A stretch of 64,000 nt of DNA, from the NCBI GenBank assembly GCA_951406725.2, contig OX597831.1:60326001-60390000 (forward strand). The letters run 5' to 3'. Below, piece by piece: positions 1 to 13,635 of the stretch. The position numbers and the translations under genes are program-made. The notes under the pieces are model-generated. The model saw nothing but the letters and a program-made list of their open reading frames with translations. It did no database searches and was not told the origin of the DNA. How positions within the stretch are numbered: the stretch's first letter is position 1; each line of letters begins with the position of its first letter. Source of the DNA: Octopus vulgaris (taxonomy: Eukaryota).

Positions 1-589
1 ATTTCCATCAGACCTGGCTGGTCTACAATTATTTCCTTTGTAGTATCTTCCTTAGTTGCAAATTCGTTCCTTTTATACTTTACTGACAGTTTAAATTGGT
101 CAATCTCTAATTCAGTTATTCATTTCATTTTCATAATTTTTATTGTGATGTTAACAAGTTTGTTACTGTCTATGTAGGGTTTTTACTTCTAGCAGTTTCT
201 GTCTCCAGTGTAGGTAGGTTTGTTCAGTATTAGATATATTTGTGGAAAAATATATGGTATGAGAGAAGGCCTTAAGAACTTCTTCATTATATCCCCTATA
301 CCATTTTCATTCTTTTTCTTTTGGTTATTTCATGACGAGCGTGGATGTCCATCTTTTGGAATATTCCAGCTGTGACGTAACTCCACCTCGTGTGTTTCGG
401 GGATATTTGAAAGAGTAGCTGATTTTTCGTATCCAGTCTGGTTACTCACCGAGGTTATGCAACACTTGTTAATAAAGGAGACGGCTAATCGGTTTGTATT
501 TTGCCTTTTTATCATAAAGGCATGACGAGCTTGGACGTTGACATCATGAGACGAATCTGTCTGTTTAGGGATGTTTTTCAGACAATACC

Positions 590-803
590 TATTTCTTTAC
601 TCCCCACAAGGGGCTAAACACAGAGGGGACAAACAAGGACAGACACACGGATTAAGTCCATTACATGGTACTTATTTAATCGACCCTGAAAGGATGAAAG
701 GCAACGTTGACCTCGGCGGAATTTGAACTCAGAACGTAACGGCAGACGTAATACGGCTACGCATTTCGCCCAGCGTGCTAACGTTTCTGCCAGCTAGCCG
801 CCT
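590..803 (-). mobile_element. tRNA-derived SINE with Nin/Deu-like central domain, flanked by a target-site duplication
   Basis: Minus strand reads GGCGGCTAGCTGGCAGAAACGTTAGC (A-box-like)...GAGTTCAAATTCC (B box)...GCCTTTCATCCTTTCAGGGTCGATTAAATAAGTACC. Direct repeat AGACAATACC at 580-589 and 808-817. Confidence 0.85.
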
Positions 804-1413
804 TTTGAGACAATACCGACTCCAAGTTCTCTTAATGAAAAGATTGCTCGTAACGTAGCTTCTTCATGTTAACAGATCTGTATTCGTCTGGAATTTATAT
901 GCTGATAGATTTATCTCCGGGCATAGTTTTTTAATGATGTTTTTAAACAGTTCACTCTGTCTGTGTTAGTTCGAAAAATTGAAATAAAAAAATGTTTTGT
1001 TATTTTTTTGCTTCGTTTGTGACGCATGCTTTCAAACTCGTGTATGTGTCCTGTAAATTGTATGTAGTTGTGTAAACATTGATTGTATGTGTTGTCCTAT
1101 GAGTATTAATATGTATATATGATTGTGTAGACATTCGAGTGTAAGCGTAATTAATAAATTTGCGTACTTACTGTTTTGTTTCACTAATATTCTATAAGTT
1201 GTAAACTTACCGATGTTGATTTCCCGTGTGTCTTTCGCATATGTCTCACTGAGACATACTGCATGAGAGAAACTCTGCTGTGAACAACAGTAAAATTTCG
1301 TTTATGAGATTATTTTCGTTAATAATAACCGATGTTATTAGATGAGATTTGTTTTTTAATGGAAAACCCGGTGTAGAACATCCATGTTGTTATTAAAGCG
1401 GAGAGCTGGAAGC

Positions 1414-1491
<78 letters not shown>

Positions 1492-1498
1492 GAAAGAA

Positions 1499-1711
1499 GG
1501 AGCATGGCTTAGTGGTTAGAGCGTCGAGCTTACGATCATGAGGTTGTGAGTTCGATACCCGCACCGGGCTGCGTGTTTTGTTCTTGAGCAAGACACTTTA
1601 TTTCACGTTGATCTAGTTAGCTATAGAAATGTGTTGCGACATCACTGGAGCCTAGCTGTATCGGCCTTTACCTTTCCCTTGGGTAACATCAGTGGTCTGG
1701 AGAGGGGAGGC
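1499..1711 (+). mobile_element. tRNA-derived SINE embedded between two (TTA)n tracts
   Basis: A box TGGCTTAGTGG, B box GTTCGATACC, then TTCTTGAGCAAGACACTT core. (TTA)n runs at about 1413-1489 and 1712-1775. Confidence 0.8.
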
Positions 1712-1773
<62 letters not shown>

Positions 1774-2159
1774 TATAATTCTATCATTCACAGTGCTATA
1801 TTCATTAGCAGTTACCCTGTTTTCTGTATAAGTTATACAACCGTGATAATGTTATCTATATCAAGTTCTAGTGCATAGTTATTAATTGAAAGCGTTACTT
1901 TGTCTCGTATTCTCTGCACCGAAACTATTCAAGATAATATTTTTATAGTCTTATTTAACTTTCTAATAATAAGCGTACGGATATGGTTCTCAATGGCATA
2001 TGATAATTCCACCATACACCTCTCAAAAATCCTATATTGCCTTGTATATTTAGGAAAGTGTCTTAGAAATGCAGTTGTGAATGTGATCAGAATACCAGAT
2101 TAATTCACAGTATGACACCTTTATTCGATTTATAAATATATATCCTTTATACATTTTTT

Positions 2160-2520
2160 CTTTTTATTTGTTACAATCGTTTGACTGCGGTTTTACTGGA
2201 TCACCGCTTTGAAGAATTTTAGGGGAACACCAGGGCTTAATTTTCAAACCAGTACTTATTCTTACGAACTTTTCTTCTGGAACGCTAAGTTACGGTAACG
2301 TAAACACACCTACACTGGTTTTGAAAGTGTGAAGTGGGTGGGCAAACATATATAAACATATATAAACACACACGCACAGATATGTGGTATATTACTATAT
2401 ATATATATATGTTACCCTCTACCAATTCTATTCACTCTCACAAGGCTTTGGTTATCCCGAGGCTATTGTAGAAGAAACTTGGGAGGGCAGTAGGACTGAA
2501 CACGGAACCATGTGAGCAGG
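2160..2520 (-). mobile_element. Degenerate copy of the abundant SINE with an internal microsatellite (same family as 8470-8930)
   Basis: Shares GCTAAGTTACGG..CGTAAACACACC and CTCACAAGGCTTTGGT..CCCGAGGCTAT.GTAGAAGA with the reverse complement of 8470-8930. Confidence 0.7.
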
Positions 2521-3606
2521 TACGCTCATGTGTGTATGCGCGCATGTGTGTTGGAGATTGCAGATAGTCATTAAGTATAACAAAACAACGATGAGAACAA
2601 TGATATAAAAATGATAGTACTCTACCTCATTATTTGTGGTGTTACTTTTTAAGAACTGCTTCGCATAAGCGTCTTAGAAGAAGAGATATTGTAAACCGCG
2701 CATTCATAAGGTTTAAGTCTCATGATTTATATAACAATGTCCATGTCATATCAGAAATATAATCTTTGAAACTGAGGACCCGCTAACAGTATCTTAGTGG
2801 AATAAAAATGTGATAGGAGGATGCCCGTAAAATGTACATTTATTCGTAAATTAACTCATAACTTTTTGAGGCGAATTCCCTTATAAATACAATTATTCAA
2901 ATTTGAATGTTGCCGTTGAAAACAAATGGTGGTATATTGAAAAAAAATATATTCTATGGGGAAAATTAATTGGGATCTTGCAAGGAATATCCGTACTCCT
3001 TCTATTTGCCTGTGTACGTATTGTGAACAGTAAATTACCTCGGAGAGAAGAACATTTCTCCTTATAACTTCTTTCAGCTATCTCTTGTGGTACTGAGTTA
3101 TTACAATGCATTGAATATGCCTTCAACGGAAGACATGTGACATTTGGCAGATAGTGATACATAAAATATGTATTAGTATTGTGGTTATTGAGAAAGGTTT
3201 TCTCTTTGTCAAACTTATTTATTTGGAAATCATTATTGCAAACAGGATACTCTTGATGTTTATTTCACTGGCGATGATAATGATTGGAAAGATGTTGAGA
3301 ATTATTATGATTATATAGTATTAACTGCGCTAATATAGTATACGCACATTTCTGTATATGCATTTTGTTTTCAAACAATTAACGTTGATTCAGAGATGGG
3401 TTTTTTTAACGTTTGCCTATCTTGCTTTTGTCTTCATTGCGTGCAAATATGTCTGCGTCACTCTGATTCTTATTCCCTCTCTCATACAGGCTAATTTTGA
3501 TCTATAATATATTACATTATTTACCAAGCATCGTAACCGTTATAATGTATGTGTGTGCATGTATACATATATCTATATGTCAATATCTATGTATGTACGT
3601 ATGGAT

Positions 3607-3792
3607 GTCTATATGTACGTATACATGAAGAGTCTATACATATACTTATATGTTTATACATATACGTCTATATGTACGTATACATGAAGAGTCTATACAT
3701 ATACTTATATGTTTATACATATACGTCTATATGTACGTATACATGAAGAGTCTATACATATACTTATATGTTTATACAAATACTTATATGTT

Positions 3793-3795
<3 letters not shown>
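3607..3795. repeat. Minisatellite of about 3 near-perfect copies of a 59-bp unit
   Basis: Unit GTCTATATGTACGTATACATGAAGAGTCTATACATATACTTATATGTTTATACATATAC starts at 3607, 3666 and 3725. Confidence 0.9.
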
Positions 3796-3840
<45 letters not shown>

Positions 3841-5052
3841 GGGTGTGTGTGTGTGTATGTGTATGTGTGTGTGTGTGTGTGGTGTGTGTGTGTATGTGTG
3901 TGTGTGTGTGTGTCTGTGTCTGTGTATCTATATATCTATAGTAGTGCATAGAATAAACTATGACATACGTTAAGCAACTGGACCTCAAGTTAGTGTAACT
4001 ATTATGCACTGATTTTCCATTTTTACATGTATTATTCACTGCTTTGGACTGCTGTGATCATATTCTACCTAGTATGTTGATACGATGGCCACCGATTATT
4101 TAGATGGCAGACATATTAAGTACGAAAAGAAGGAAATATTTTTGTACAAATAACTTCATATTTCCATCAAAATCTTCATTTACGTAGGAACGCAAATAAA
4201 TAATGAAAGCCCTGTATTTCAGTGAGTTTTCTCAACAATGATATTTCTACGAGTATTTCTTTAATATCCAACATAATTCAGTTGCCTTTTGCGATGACAT
4301 GTCATCAATATCTAAATGTCTTCCGCCTGTGTCCCTCTTACACACACACACACACACGCATCTATGTATAATAGATTAGACTTCCACATTTTTCATCATT
4401 ACTGACGACGCTGAGTTGTGATATTTGGCATATTCCGATGGTAATTCCAGCAGATATTGTATTTAAATATACGTTTCCTCGATGATTCCTAACGGAAATA
4501 TATAGAGACATATATATATGCATATCCATGTGTAACCGAATTAGAATTGACAGGCTTAACATTTCTCATTTGTGTCAAACCAAGCATTTTACATAAACAG
4601 TATCGAATGGCATTTTATTCATATTCTGTAAACAATATTTCAGTTAATATCTACCACGAATAATTAATATTCATGAATTGTGTCTATGTTGAATTTATAC
4701 AGCAAAATTATATTATATATTCCGAACTAAAAATCGTTATAAGGCATCATATACAATTGTATAGTGTTCTTTTTTGATAAAATATGCCTTTGCTCATTCT
4801 GTTCACGATAATATATACGTCGTATCGAAAATATGCACTTGTCGTGGATGTAACTATCCATTACAATTTTCCTTCTCCAGTAGAGGACTCACTTTTCTCC
4901 AGCATCTCTCTCAATCTCGGTTCATCTTTTATCTCTGAATATATATATATATATATTACATACATATATTACATCTATTTTCCTTCCTCCACCTTACTCT
5001 CTATTTGTATCACATGGAAACTAACTATGACTTAATTTTTTCCTCTCATACC

Positions 5053-5104
5053 GTCTCCGATGAAGGGATATTATTAATTGATATTCTAGAAACAGCTGTG
5101 AGAC
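5053..5104 (+). ncRNA. Degenerate type I hammerhead ribozyme motif (PLE 3' terminus)
   Basis: gtct-CCGATGA-agggata(ttattaattga)tattcta-GAAA-cagctg-TG-agac. Stem I gtct/agac and palindromic stem III are present. Two core substitutions: CUGAUGA to CCGAUGA and GUH to GUG. Confidence 0.65.
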
Positions 5105-5151
5105 ATTCTATCTATATATGCTCTAATATCTCATTACGCAAAAAATATTCA

Positions 5152-5196
<45 letters not shown>

Positions 5197-5498
5197 CTCG
5201 CAGGTGGGATATTGTGTGTATGGTTTGGGTGTTTCTGTCGGTGTATATATATCACCTCTATGACTTCAAAACGTATCTCGTTAAAATATACTACGTTTCG
5301 CAAGCATTCGTCTTGATCTACGACTTTATAAATGGCAAATTACGGTATACAGCTTCATATGTGTGTATATATATATATATATATGTTTATATATACACGG
5401 AGTTTTACAACATCTTTACTTGTGTGACTTTTTGCTACGCTGGTGACTATTTATCTATTTTTTCTGTGTTAATTGTTAACAAGGGAAAAATACACACA

Positions 5499-5565
<67 letters not shown>

Positions 5566-5606
5566 ATGTATATATATGTGTATGTATATATATGTATATA
5601 TATATG

Positions 5607-5663
<57 letters not shown>

Positions 5664-5781
5664 GTATATATAATATGTATATATATATATGTATGTATAT
5701 ATATATGTATGTATGTATCTATCTATCTATCTATATATATATATATGTATATATCAATCTATCTATGTATATCTATATCTA

Positions 5782-5827
<46 letters not shown>

Positions 5828-7412
5828 AGTATATCTATTATCGTTGCTCTATAACTATATGAATACGTTTCAAATATGTAGTTAATGCTAAAACAATGCA
5901 ACTTTTAGCTTTAAAATTCATTTCTTAGATCCATTAATATATAGTGTGCATAACACTAAATGTTAACTTCACTAATTCTCTCCTTTCGACAATAACCGTT
6001 TCTCGGCTCGTTTCTAGGACAGATTGGTCAAGCTGCACGTCACGCAATTTTAGGTTACCCCTAAAACTAGATCACAAAATAATTTAGCAGCTCTGCGGAC
6101 GGTATGAAACTGTCTCACTAAGAATCGAGTGTGAAGGCTAATTGATTCATTTTCTTCGTCGAATTTTAGCTTCAGCATATCCTGCTTGAATCTTAGAACT
6201 AGTAAAGAAGCATATGGCCAATGTGAGACACAAATATGACCGCAAAGGCTCACGCATCAAATATTCTGCGACGATTCTACGACTACCAATTGTATGTATA
6301 ATAAACTGCTATGGATTTTGCAGATGAAACCCCTTGCCGTCCCTGGTGCACGGGCTTCCATACTGCCTATTCTAAGAAAACTCCTGTTGAGGGAAAAGTG
6401 CGTCAATCTTTTATTAATCATTTCCGCTTGTTAGCTGCGTTTTATTCACCGCACTGGGATATTTTCCATTCCCTCTGGTAATTTTTTGTTTCAAATAATA
6501 ATGTTGTTTCAAATGATAATGATAATTTGCATGATTTGACATAGTGATTTGGTTATTGCATTTGTGCTGATATACGCAGTTCATCAATTACTTGATGCTT
6601 TGGTCTGTAACATAAGGACCTCAGTAATACATTTTGTGGAGAATCTGAATCAATTTTCCATATAATACGAAGCATGAATTTGTATATATTTGTGTAAACA
6701 CATATGGGACAACAATTATCTTTCAGTGGGTAAAAAGGAATTGGAAAGAGGTCTCCTTTATAAATTGCTAAGTGAATAACTAATATTAGGTATCCGTGTA
6801 TTCATTCACCATTTTGAAATTTACTGATCAACTAAATCTTATTCCACTTAAGTGTTAAACAATAAAGCTTCAAACATTTAACAACGTTGCATTTAATAAA
6901 AGATATTTACGCACAAATAAAAAATTGTCATGTATGTGAATACATATATTCTTTGCTTTACGAAAGATAAAATGCTTTAGATAAGCTGTTACATAATAAA
7001 TGTGACGTATTTGCAAATGCGTGCCATTAATAATCCCGCAGTAAAATTGGAATTAGAAATATTTTTTTTATTCATTACTTATCTGATCGGCAGGGTAGCT
7101 GAGCGAGAAACTCTATGGATTTTAACTGTTCTAAAAAAAACTGAAAAATACGACAGGGAAAGAAATACGTGTGTAGTGGTAGATACATTAAAGGGTGTTG
7201 CAGATATTGACGTATTTCCTTACTAATAAGAAAGAGATAAAATTGAGATATATGAAGCTGTTACAATGCTTCATTGCGAAGCATTTTAATTCAGATAAAG
7301 AATATATACATATGTAGGTGTGGCTGTGTCTGTGTATATTTATACATATATATGTAAAATATATATATAAAAATATGTGTTTGCATGTGTGTATACCTAT
7401 ATATGTGTGTAC

Positions 7413-7480
<68 letters not shown>

Positions 7481-7536
7481 CTACACAGAAACAGTGCTTA
7501 TGCACATATACGGATATATATGTATATATATAAGTG

Positions 7537-7585
<49 letters not shown>

Positions 7586-7596
7586 TATGTAAGTAT

Positions 7597-7643
<47 letters not shown>

Positions 7644-8429
7644 GTGAGTATAAAATTATATATATATATGTATGTATGTATATGAATATATATATATGTG
7701 TGTGTGTGTACACATACATCAACAAATGCATATATGTATGCAGATGTATTTGTGTATCCATAGCATCTGTGTGCGTGGTCCATATATGATTCTTGAATTG
7801 TTTTCATTTTTATACGTTCCCGGGCGTAAACATCTGAAAAAAAAATACAAATTAAAATAAACTTACTGTACATTGTGAGCAAATAGATAACAATGAAATT
7901 TTGACATATATGAATATATAAAAAGAAAACCAAGCAGATAGGGCTGAGAAAAAATACTGACAAAGATAAACACATGTCAACGTGATATTTGGCGCCTTAG
8001 ACAATATTCATGATAAGGTATAAAAATATGTGTGTATGTGTGTGTATTTGTGTGCGTGTGCGTGCGTGTAATTTTGTAAAGTGTTATTGGGGTACTCTAA
8101 AACTTGTGTATTTCTGTTTTGTTTGGAGCATGTTAGAATCCGTGTAGGTGTTGTTTTATAAATAACGTACTTCTGTGTCGGTAATTGTGATACGCAAATG
8201 AGTAAAAGGTTAACACGCTGACAGATATGCTAAATCTATATTAATACTTCCTATTGTATATATTCAATAAGATTCTGTTATGTTTTTTGGTGTCTGTTGA
8301 ACTTTTCGTGTTTTAGATTTATATGTGTGTATGTGTGTGTCTCTATAGATGGTTGTATACATACATACATACATGCATACATACATACATACACACATAC
8401 ATACATACATACATACATACATACATACA

Positions 8430-8460
<31 letters not shown>

Positions 8461-8469
8461 TTATATATA

Positions 8470-8661
8470 GGAGGAGTGGCTGTGTGGTAAGTAGCTTCCG
8501 GGTTCAGTCCCACTGTTTGGCACCTTGGACAAGTGTCTTCTACTATAGCCTCGAGCCGACCAATGCCTTGTGAGTGGATTTCGTAGACGGAAACTGAAAG
8601 AAGACCGTTGTATATATGTGAATATATATATATATGTATTTATATATATATGTATGTATTC

Positions 8662-8711
<50 letters not shown>

Positions 8712-8930
8712 ATATGTATATGTATGTGTATGTCTGTGTTTATCTCACCAACATTGCTTGACAAGCGATGCTGGTGTGTTTACATCCCCGTAACTTAGCG
8801 GGTCGGGAAAAGAGACCGATAGAATAAGTACCAGGCTTACAAAGAATAAGTCCTGGAGCCGATTAGCTCGACTAAAGGCAGTGATCTATCATGGCCACAG
8901 CCAAATGACTGAAACAAGTAAAAGAGAGAG
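8470..8930 (+). mobile_element. Near full-length tRNA-derived SINE with internal (TA/TG)n microsatellite
   Basis: Head GGAGTGGCTGTGTGGTAAG..GGGTTCAGTCCC and tail GACTAAAGGC..CAAATGACTGAAACAAGTAAAAGA. Matches copies at 28025-28868 and 57180-57626. Confidence 0.85.
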
Positions 8931-9005
8931 AGTTAAAGAGAATATATACAGAAAGAGAGAGAGAGAGAAAAAAACTGCGAGAGAGAAAGAGACAGTGAGA
9001 GATAC

Positions 9006-9085
<80 letters not shown>

Positions 9086-9148
9086 TGTGTTTGTGGGAGT
9101 ATGCGCGTGTTGTGCATGTGCGTGTGCAGTATGTATGTGTTTGTGTGC

Positions 9149-9192
<44 letters not shown>

Positions 9193-9234
9193 GTGCGTGT
9201 GTGTGTGTGTGTGCGTGCGTGTGTTTATTTATAT

Positions 9235-11175
9235 AGTCTGGTCCGAGTAAAGTATAAGTAATACTCCGAGTGAGTTCGTGGTTGAGAGTTCGCACTTGAG
9301 TGAAGTTCGTGTTAGTTCGCAGTGAAATTTGAATGTGTCGGTTGGCTCGATCACAAGTAATATTGATTGTTGGATTGCAAAGTGATTTCTTAGTTCGTTA
9401 CATTGTTATTATATTCGTGTTGGTATCTTATTTATAGTACGTAATAAATTACGTTATAACATTTGGTGCTAAGTGTTTCGAAGACGACGTAGTTTTGTTT
9501 AGCAATTTGTTAGTCATAGAACTTGTTAAATAATGAAAGACCCAGTAGCTTACATAGTACAGTTGGAAAAGCAACAAAACCAGCAACAGGAGTTGCAGAG
9601 GCAACTATTGCCGCAACAACTACAACTAAAGCTAGATACAAAGAAGTTCAAGTGTGACGGAAGTTCATTTTTGCCAGACTGCGTTTCGAACTCGATTATT
9701 CAATTCAGTTATAAGCCAGAGGAGGGTATAAACTTTGTGTCGTACTCCAGAAGATAGGAGGAGATTTTAAAGCAAGATTGCACATTACGGTCGAACGAAC
9801 AAAAAGTGAGATTGTTATTGCTAAAATTAGCTCCGTTAGAACATGAACGTTATTATAAATTCATATTGCGTAAAAAACGCCAATGCAATGTGTTGTAAAG
9901 ACAATGGTATTACTGTCTAACATATTCGGTAATAAACTTCTCTATTTAACACATGAATGACTCTTGGACTATAATTAAAAGTTAGAATAATTATTTTATC
10001 ACATACGCAGAGTCAACAAAATGTGTGGAAGTTTTAATCTCAAAGATCTTACATCTGAAATGTTCAAGTGATTATTTTCGAACAAAGGCCCTATAGCAAT
10101 CGAAGATACAGAAATTCTAGCAAGAATTATTTCTAAATTGAACAAGTGAACCCGCATCAGACCTTATAATCCGTGGCAGAAGAATGCGAAATGAGTGTAA
10201 ACCTGAAACAAGCTGAAGAAAAAATCAAGAGAAGTATTCCTCAAAAATGCAGATATGCCGACTGGAAAAGTACAACCAAAAAGCAACCCCTCGTCCGAAT
10301 TCCTGTTATGGATGTAGGGGCATTTCAGAAAAGACGGTCCATTTAGAAATCAAAAATGTTACAATTGCGACAGAAATTGGTCACAACATTCCGCACTGCA
10401 GGAGAAATTTACGAAGGTCAGACGTTCAAAATACTAGAGAGCTCACACCAGAAACAAAAATCGACTCTCAAATAAGAAAATTCGTACATGTAATAATAAA
10501 TGGGTTACATATTAAAATTGAACTGGGTATTGGAAGTGATATTTCAATAGTAAATATGGACACATTCAAAAAGAAATAGGGAAATGTATGCGGAGAAAAT
10601 CAGCGAGATCTACTCGTAGTATGACGGGTGACAAATTAGGTGAAATGTGGCCAAACGTCACAGTACTAGGGATTACATGCAAGGCGAAAGTCTTTGTTGT
10701 TAAAAATGCAGCCGATCTGTTTGGTACCGATTTGTTAGAATTATTCGATTTAGGGGACCACCTCGTGAATCTCTATTGTAAAAACGTAAATGGTTGTCCT
10801 AAGAATAATTCGTCCGAAGAGTTAAAGAGAAATTTTTTTTTAATGTTTCCGCAAGTACTCTCGGGCAAACTAGGTCTATGCGGTTTTGAATTACATGATA
10901 ATGTCCCACCTGTGTTCAAGTCTAATAGGAATGTTCCGTTTGCGAGTTAGGGAATGATGAGTTGGACAGACTAGAAACAGGCGGAATTATTCAGAAAGTG
11001 CATTACGCGAAATAAGTACCTCAGACTGTATGTATATAAAAAAAAGAAAATTAGGTTTGTGTGCCGATTCTTCGACCGGTTTAAATGACTGTTCAAAAAT
11101 GAACAATTATCCACTGCTGTTACCAGAAGATATTTTTTATAAAACTGAATGGTCAAAAATATTTTCAAATGTCTT
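9235..11175 (+). mobile_element. Decayed Gypsy/Ty3 LTR retrotransposon (Mag / K02A2.6-like): 5' LTR remnant, PBS, gag, protease, RT start; 3' truncated
   Basis: LTR end ..AATAAA..ATAACA (9461) followed by TGGTGC PBS-like site. Gag motif FSYKPEEG..F..Y.RR*EEI..QD....EQKVRLLL.KL...EHE.Y. Zinc-knuckle remnants CYGC and CYNC. Protease RKFVHVIING..IKIELGIGSDISIV (degenerate LDTGSD). RT entry PVFKSNRNVPFA..ELDRLE. Many stops and frameshifts. Confidence 0.88.
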
Positions 11176-12514
11176 GCAACATTTTCAATAATCTTGGCTA
11201 TTGAAAAGGTTGCAAGAAAAAGTTGCAAAACGCAACGAAAATTTAAAGAAAATAAAAATAAGAAATAAGTGGAAATTTTACCGGTGAGTGTGTTTAGTTA
11301 TAGGGCACACAAATAAAATGACTCACCACAGACACAAAAGAATATGCTTCAACACACGGACTCTCATAAAGAATCTTGCAAACCAAATGCAAAAACGAAA
11401 TATCTAATATCCATTGCATGGATGTAAATCTTTCGTCACACTTCTGTGAACCCTTTAGCAACTCTTCAACTCTACATGTATCTTCCTGCTCTGTTTAGTT
11501 CATTCCGAACAAAAGATCTCATGACAATGGACGTAAGATAACTTAAGAACAATAATAAACTAGAGAAGAACAAATACATAGTGCTCGCGTTAATTTCGAA
11601 AAAAGTAAATAATAAATAAATAAAATGAATAAATAATTAAAACAACCATCTCGAAATATAACAATTACATTGATTAAATATGATGAAATTTGTTTTTATC
11701 AACCAATACGATACTTATGGACCATCGTTCACTTTCAAAAGGCTAGGTTCAGAAATAGGTTCCTATATCATGCAGCGCATCATCATCATCATCATCATCA
11801 ACGTCTTCGTCGTCAGTATCAGCATTTTCCCCTACTCCACCACAGCCATCCACGACCTCACCATCATTAGGCTTGTCGCTTATACTCATTTATTCCATCA
11901 ACAACTTAATTATCCATTTGGGAACGCAAATATAATATATCGTGCATTAATGATACGTTAAGGATCTAAGCTCTATAAATTTATTTTACAAAATTCATTA
12001 ATCTTAGTTTCGATATTAATTAGCATCATGTGATTAATTAAATTTTATAAATTAAACTTTATCTGTATTTCCTTCTTATTTTTCTTTATCCTTCATCATA
12101 TTATGGCCTAGAGCCTTCAGTAATCCCCCTTCTCAACCTTCACTCCGCTTCCTGCGTTAGTTATTTTGCCGACTACAGGTACTTCATTCAACCTTGCCAA
12201 CTTTCAATTACACATTTATTAAGTACTGCCTAATGAAAGACACGCACACCACTTATTTCAATCGCAATTTCCACTTGACTTGAACAGCCAAGGAAGAAAA
12301 TAAGAACAATGAAAGCGAACAGAATTAACTTATGGCATCGAAGGACGAATAATACCAGATTAACACATTCAATTAAATTCTGCCGTTGTCCCGTTCTTCG
12401 TCAACTTGTTGTTTTTGTCATGTCATAGTAGCAAACAAAAGGAAATATGTTGATAGGTTTTCTTATTCAAATCATTAGCATTTTTTCAATACAAGCTTCA
12501 TTATTTGCATCACC

Positions 12515-12536
12515 ATCACCATCGTCATCATCATCA

Positions 12537-12589
<53 letters not shown>

Positions 12590-12593
12590 GTTA

Positions 12594-12643
<50 letters not shown>

Positions 12644-12915
12644 ATTATTATTATTATTGTTATTATCATTGTTATTATTATTATTATTATTATTATTAAT
12701 ATAATTAGTATTATTATTGTTATTATTATTATTGTTGTTGATATTATTATTGTTGTTAATATTATTATTATTATTATTGTTATTATTATTGATATTATTA
12801 TTATTATTTATAATATTATTAGTATTATTATTATTGTTGTTGTTGTTGCTGTTGTTGTTGTTGTTGTTGTTGTTATTATTATTAATATTATTGTTATTCT
12901 TATTAGTATTATTAA
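12515..12915. repeat. Compound (TCA)n/(TTA)n/(TTG)n microsatellite
   Basis: Seen directly; accounts for the poly-L, poly-N and poly-I ORFs. Confidence 0.95.
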
Positions 12916-12916
12916 T

Positions 12917-13442
12917 GCGGTGAAGTGGTAGAAACGTTAGCACGCAGGGCGAAATGCTAAGCGGTGATTCGCCTGCCTTTGTGTTCTGCGTTAAAATTCC
13001 GAAGAGGTCGACTTTGCCATTTATCCTTTCGGGTTCGATAAATTAAGTACCTGTTGCGTAATTGTGTCGATCTATTCGACTACACCCCCCCCTCCAATTT
13101 CTGTGCGAAATGCTTAGCGTTCTGCCGTTATGTTCTGAGTTCAAATTCCGCCGAGGTCGACTTTGCCTTTCATCCTTTCGGGGTCGATAAATTAAGTACC
13201 ACTTACGCACTTGGGTCGATGTAATCGGCTTAACACCTATGTCTGTCCTTGTTTGTCCCTTCTATGCTTAGCTCCTTGTGGGTAATAAAGAAATAGGTAT
13301 TTCACCCGTCCCTACGTTCTGAGTTCAAATTTGACTTTGCCTTCTTCCTTTCGGTGTCGATAGATTAAGAACAACTGAAACGTTAGGGTCGATATAATCG
13401 TCACGTCTTCTCCCCACAAATTTCAGGCCTAAGGTAGAAAGA

Positions 13443-13486
<44 letters not shown>

Positions 13487-13635
13487 GGTGGTGTGCTGGC
13501 TGGATGTATAGCACGCTGAGCAAAATGCTTAGCAGGATTTCATCAGTCTTTACGTTCTCAGTTCAAATACTGCAGAAGCTGACTTTGCCGTTCCTCTTTT
13601 CTGGGTCGACATTTGAGCGTTCCATTTGAGCTTTG
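12917..13635 (+). mobile_element. Cluster of about four tandem or nested Nin/Deu-domain SINE copies
   Basis: Repeated GCGAAATGCTTAGC, GTTCTGAGTTCAAAT and GTCGACTTTGCCTTTCATCCTTTCGGGGTCGATAAATTAAGTACC units at about 12917, 13105, 13297 and 13486. The 13240-13297 tail matches the tail of the 590-803 copy. Confidence 0.85.

Noticed and set aside
1-960. Coding-like minus-strand sequence interrupted by the SINE
   Set aside because: Multiple stops and no recognisable motif; probably an old transposon fragment but unassignable.
1499-1570. tRNA gene-like A/B boxes here and at 16560-16640, 21750 and 43801
   Set aside because: No full cloverleaf; these are SINE heads followed by SINE bodies.
3607-3795. 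Regular repeats resembling a CRISPR array
   Set aside because: Head-to-tail identical units with no spacers, eukaryotic context and no cas genes.
7080-7125. CTGATC..GAGAAACTCT motif (similar at about 1245-1285) and a lone CTGATGA at about 14611
   Set aside because: The core boxes or helices are incomplete, so a hammerhead cannot be supported.
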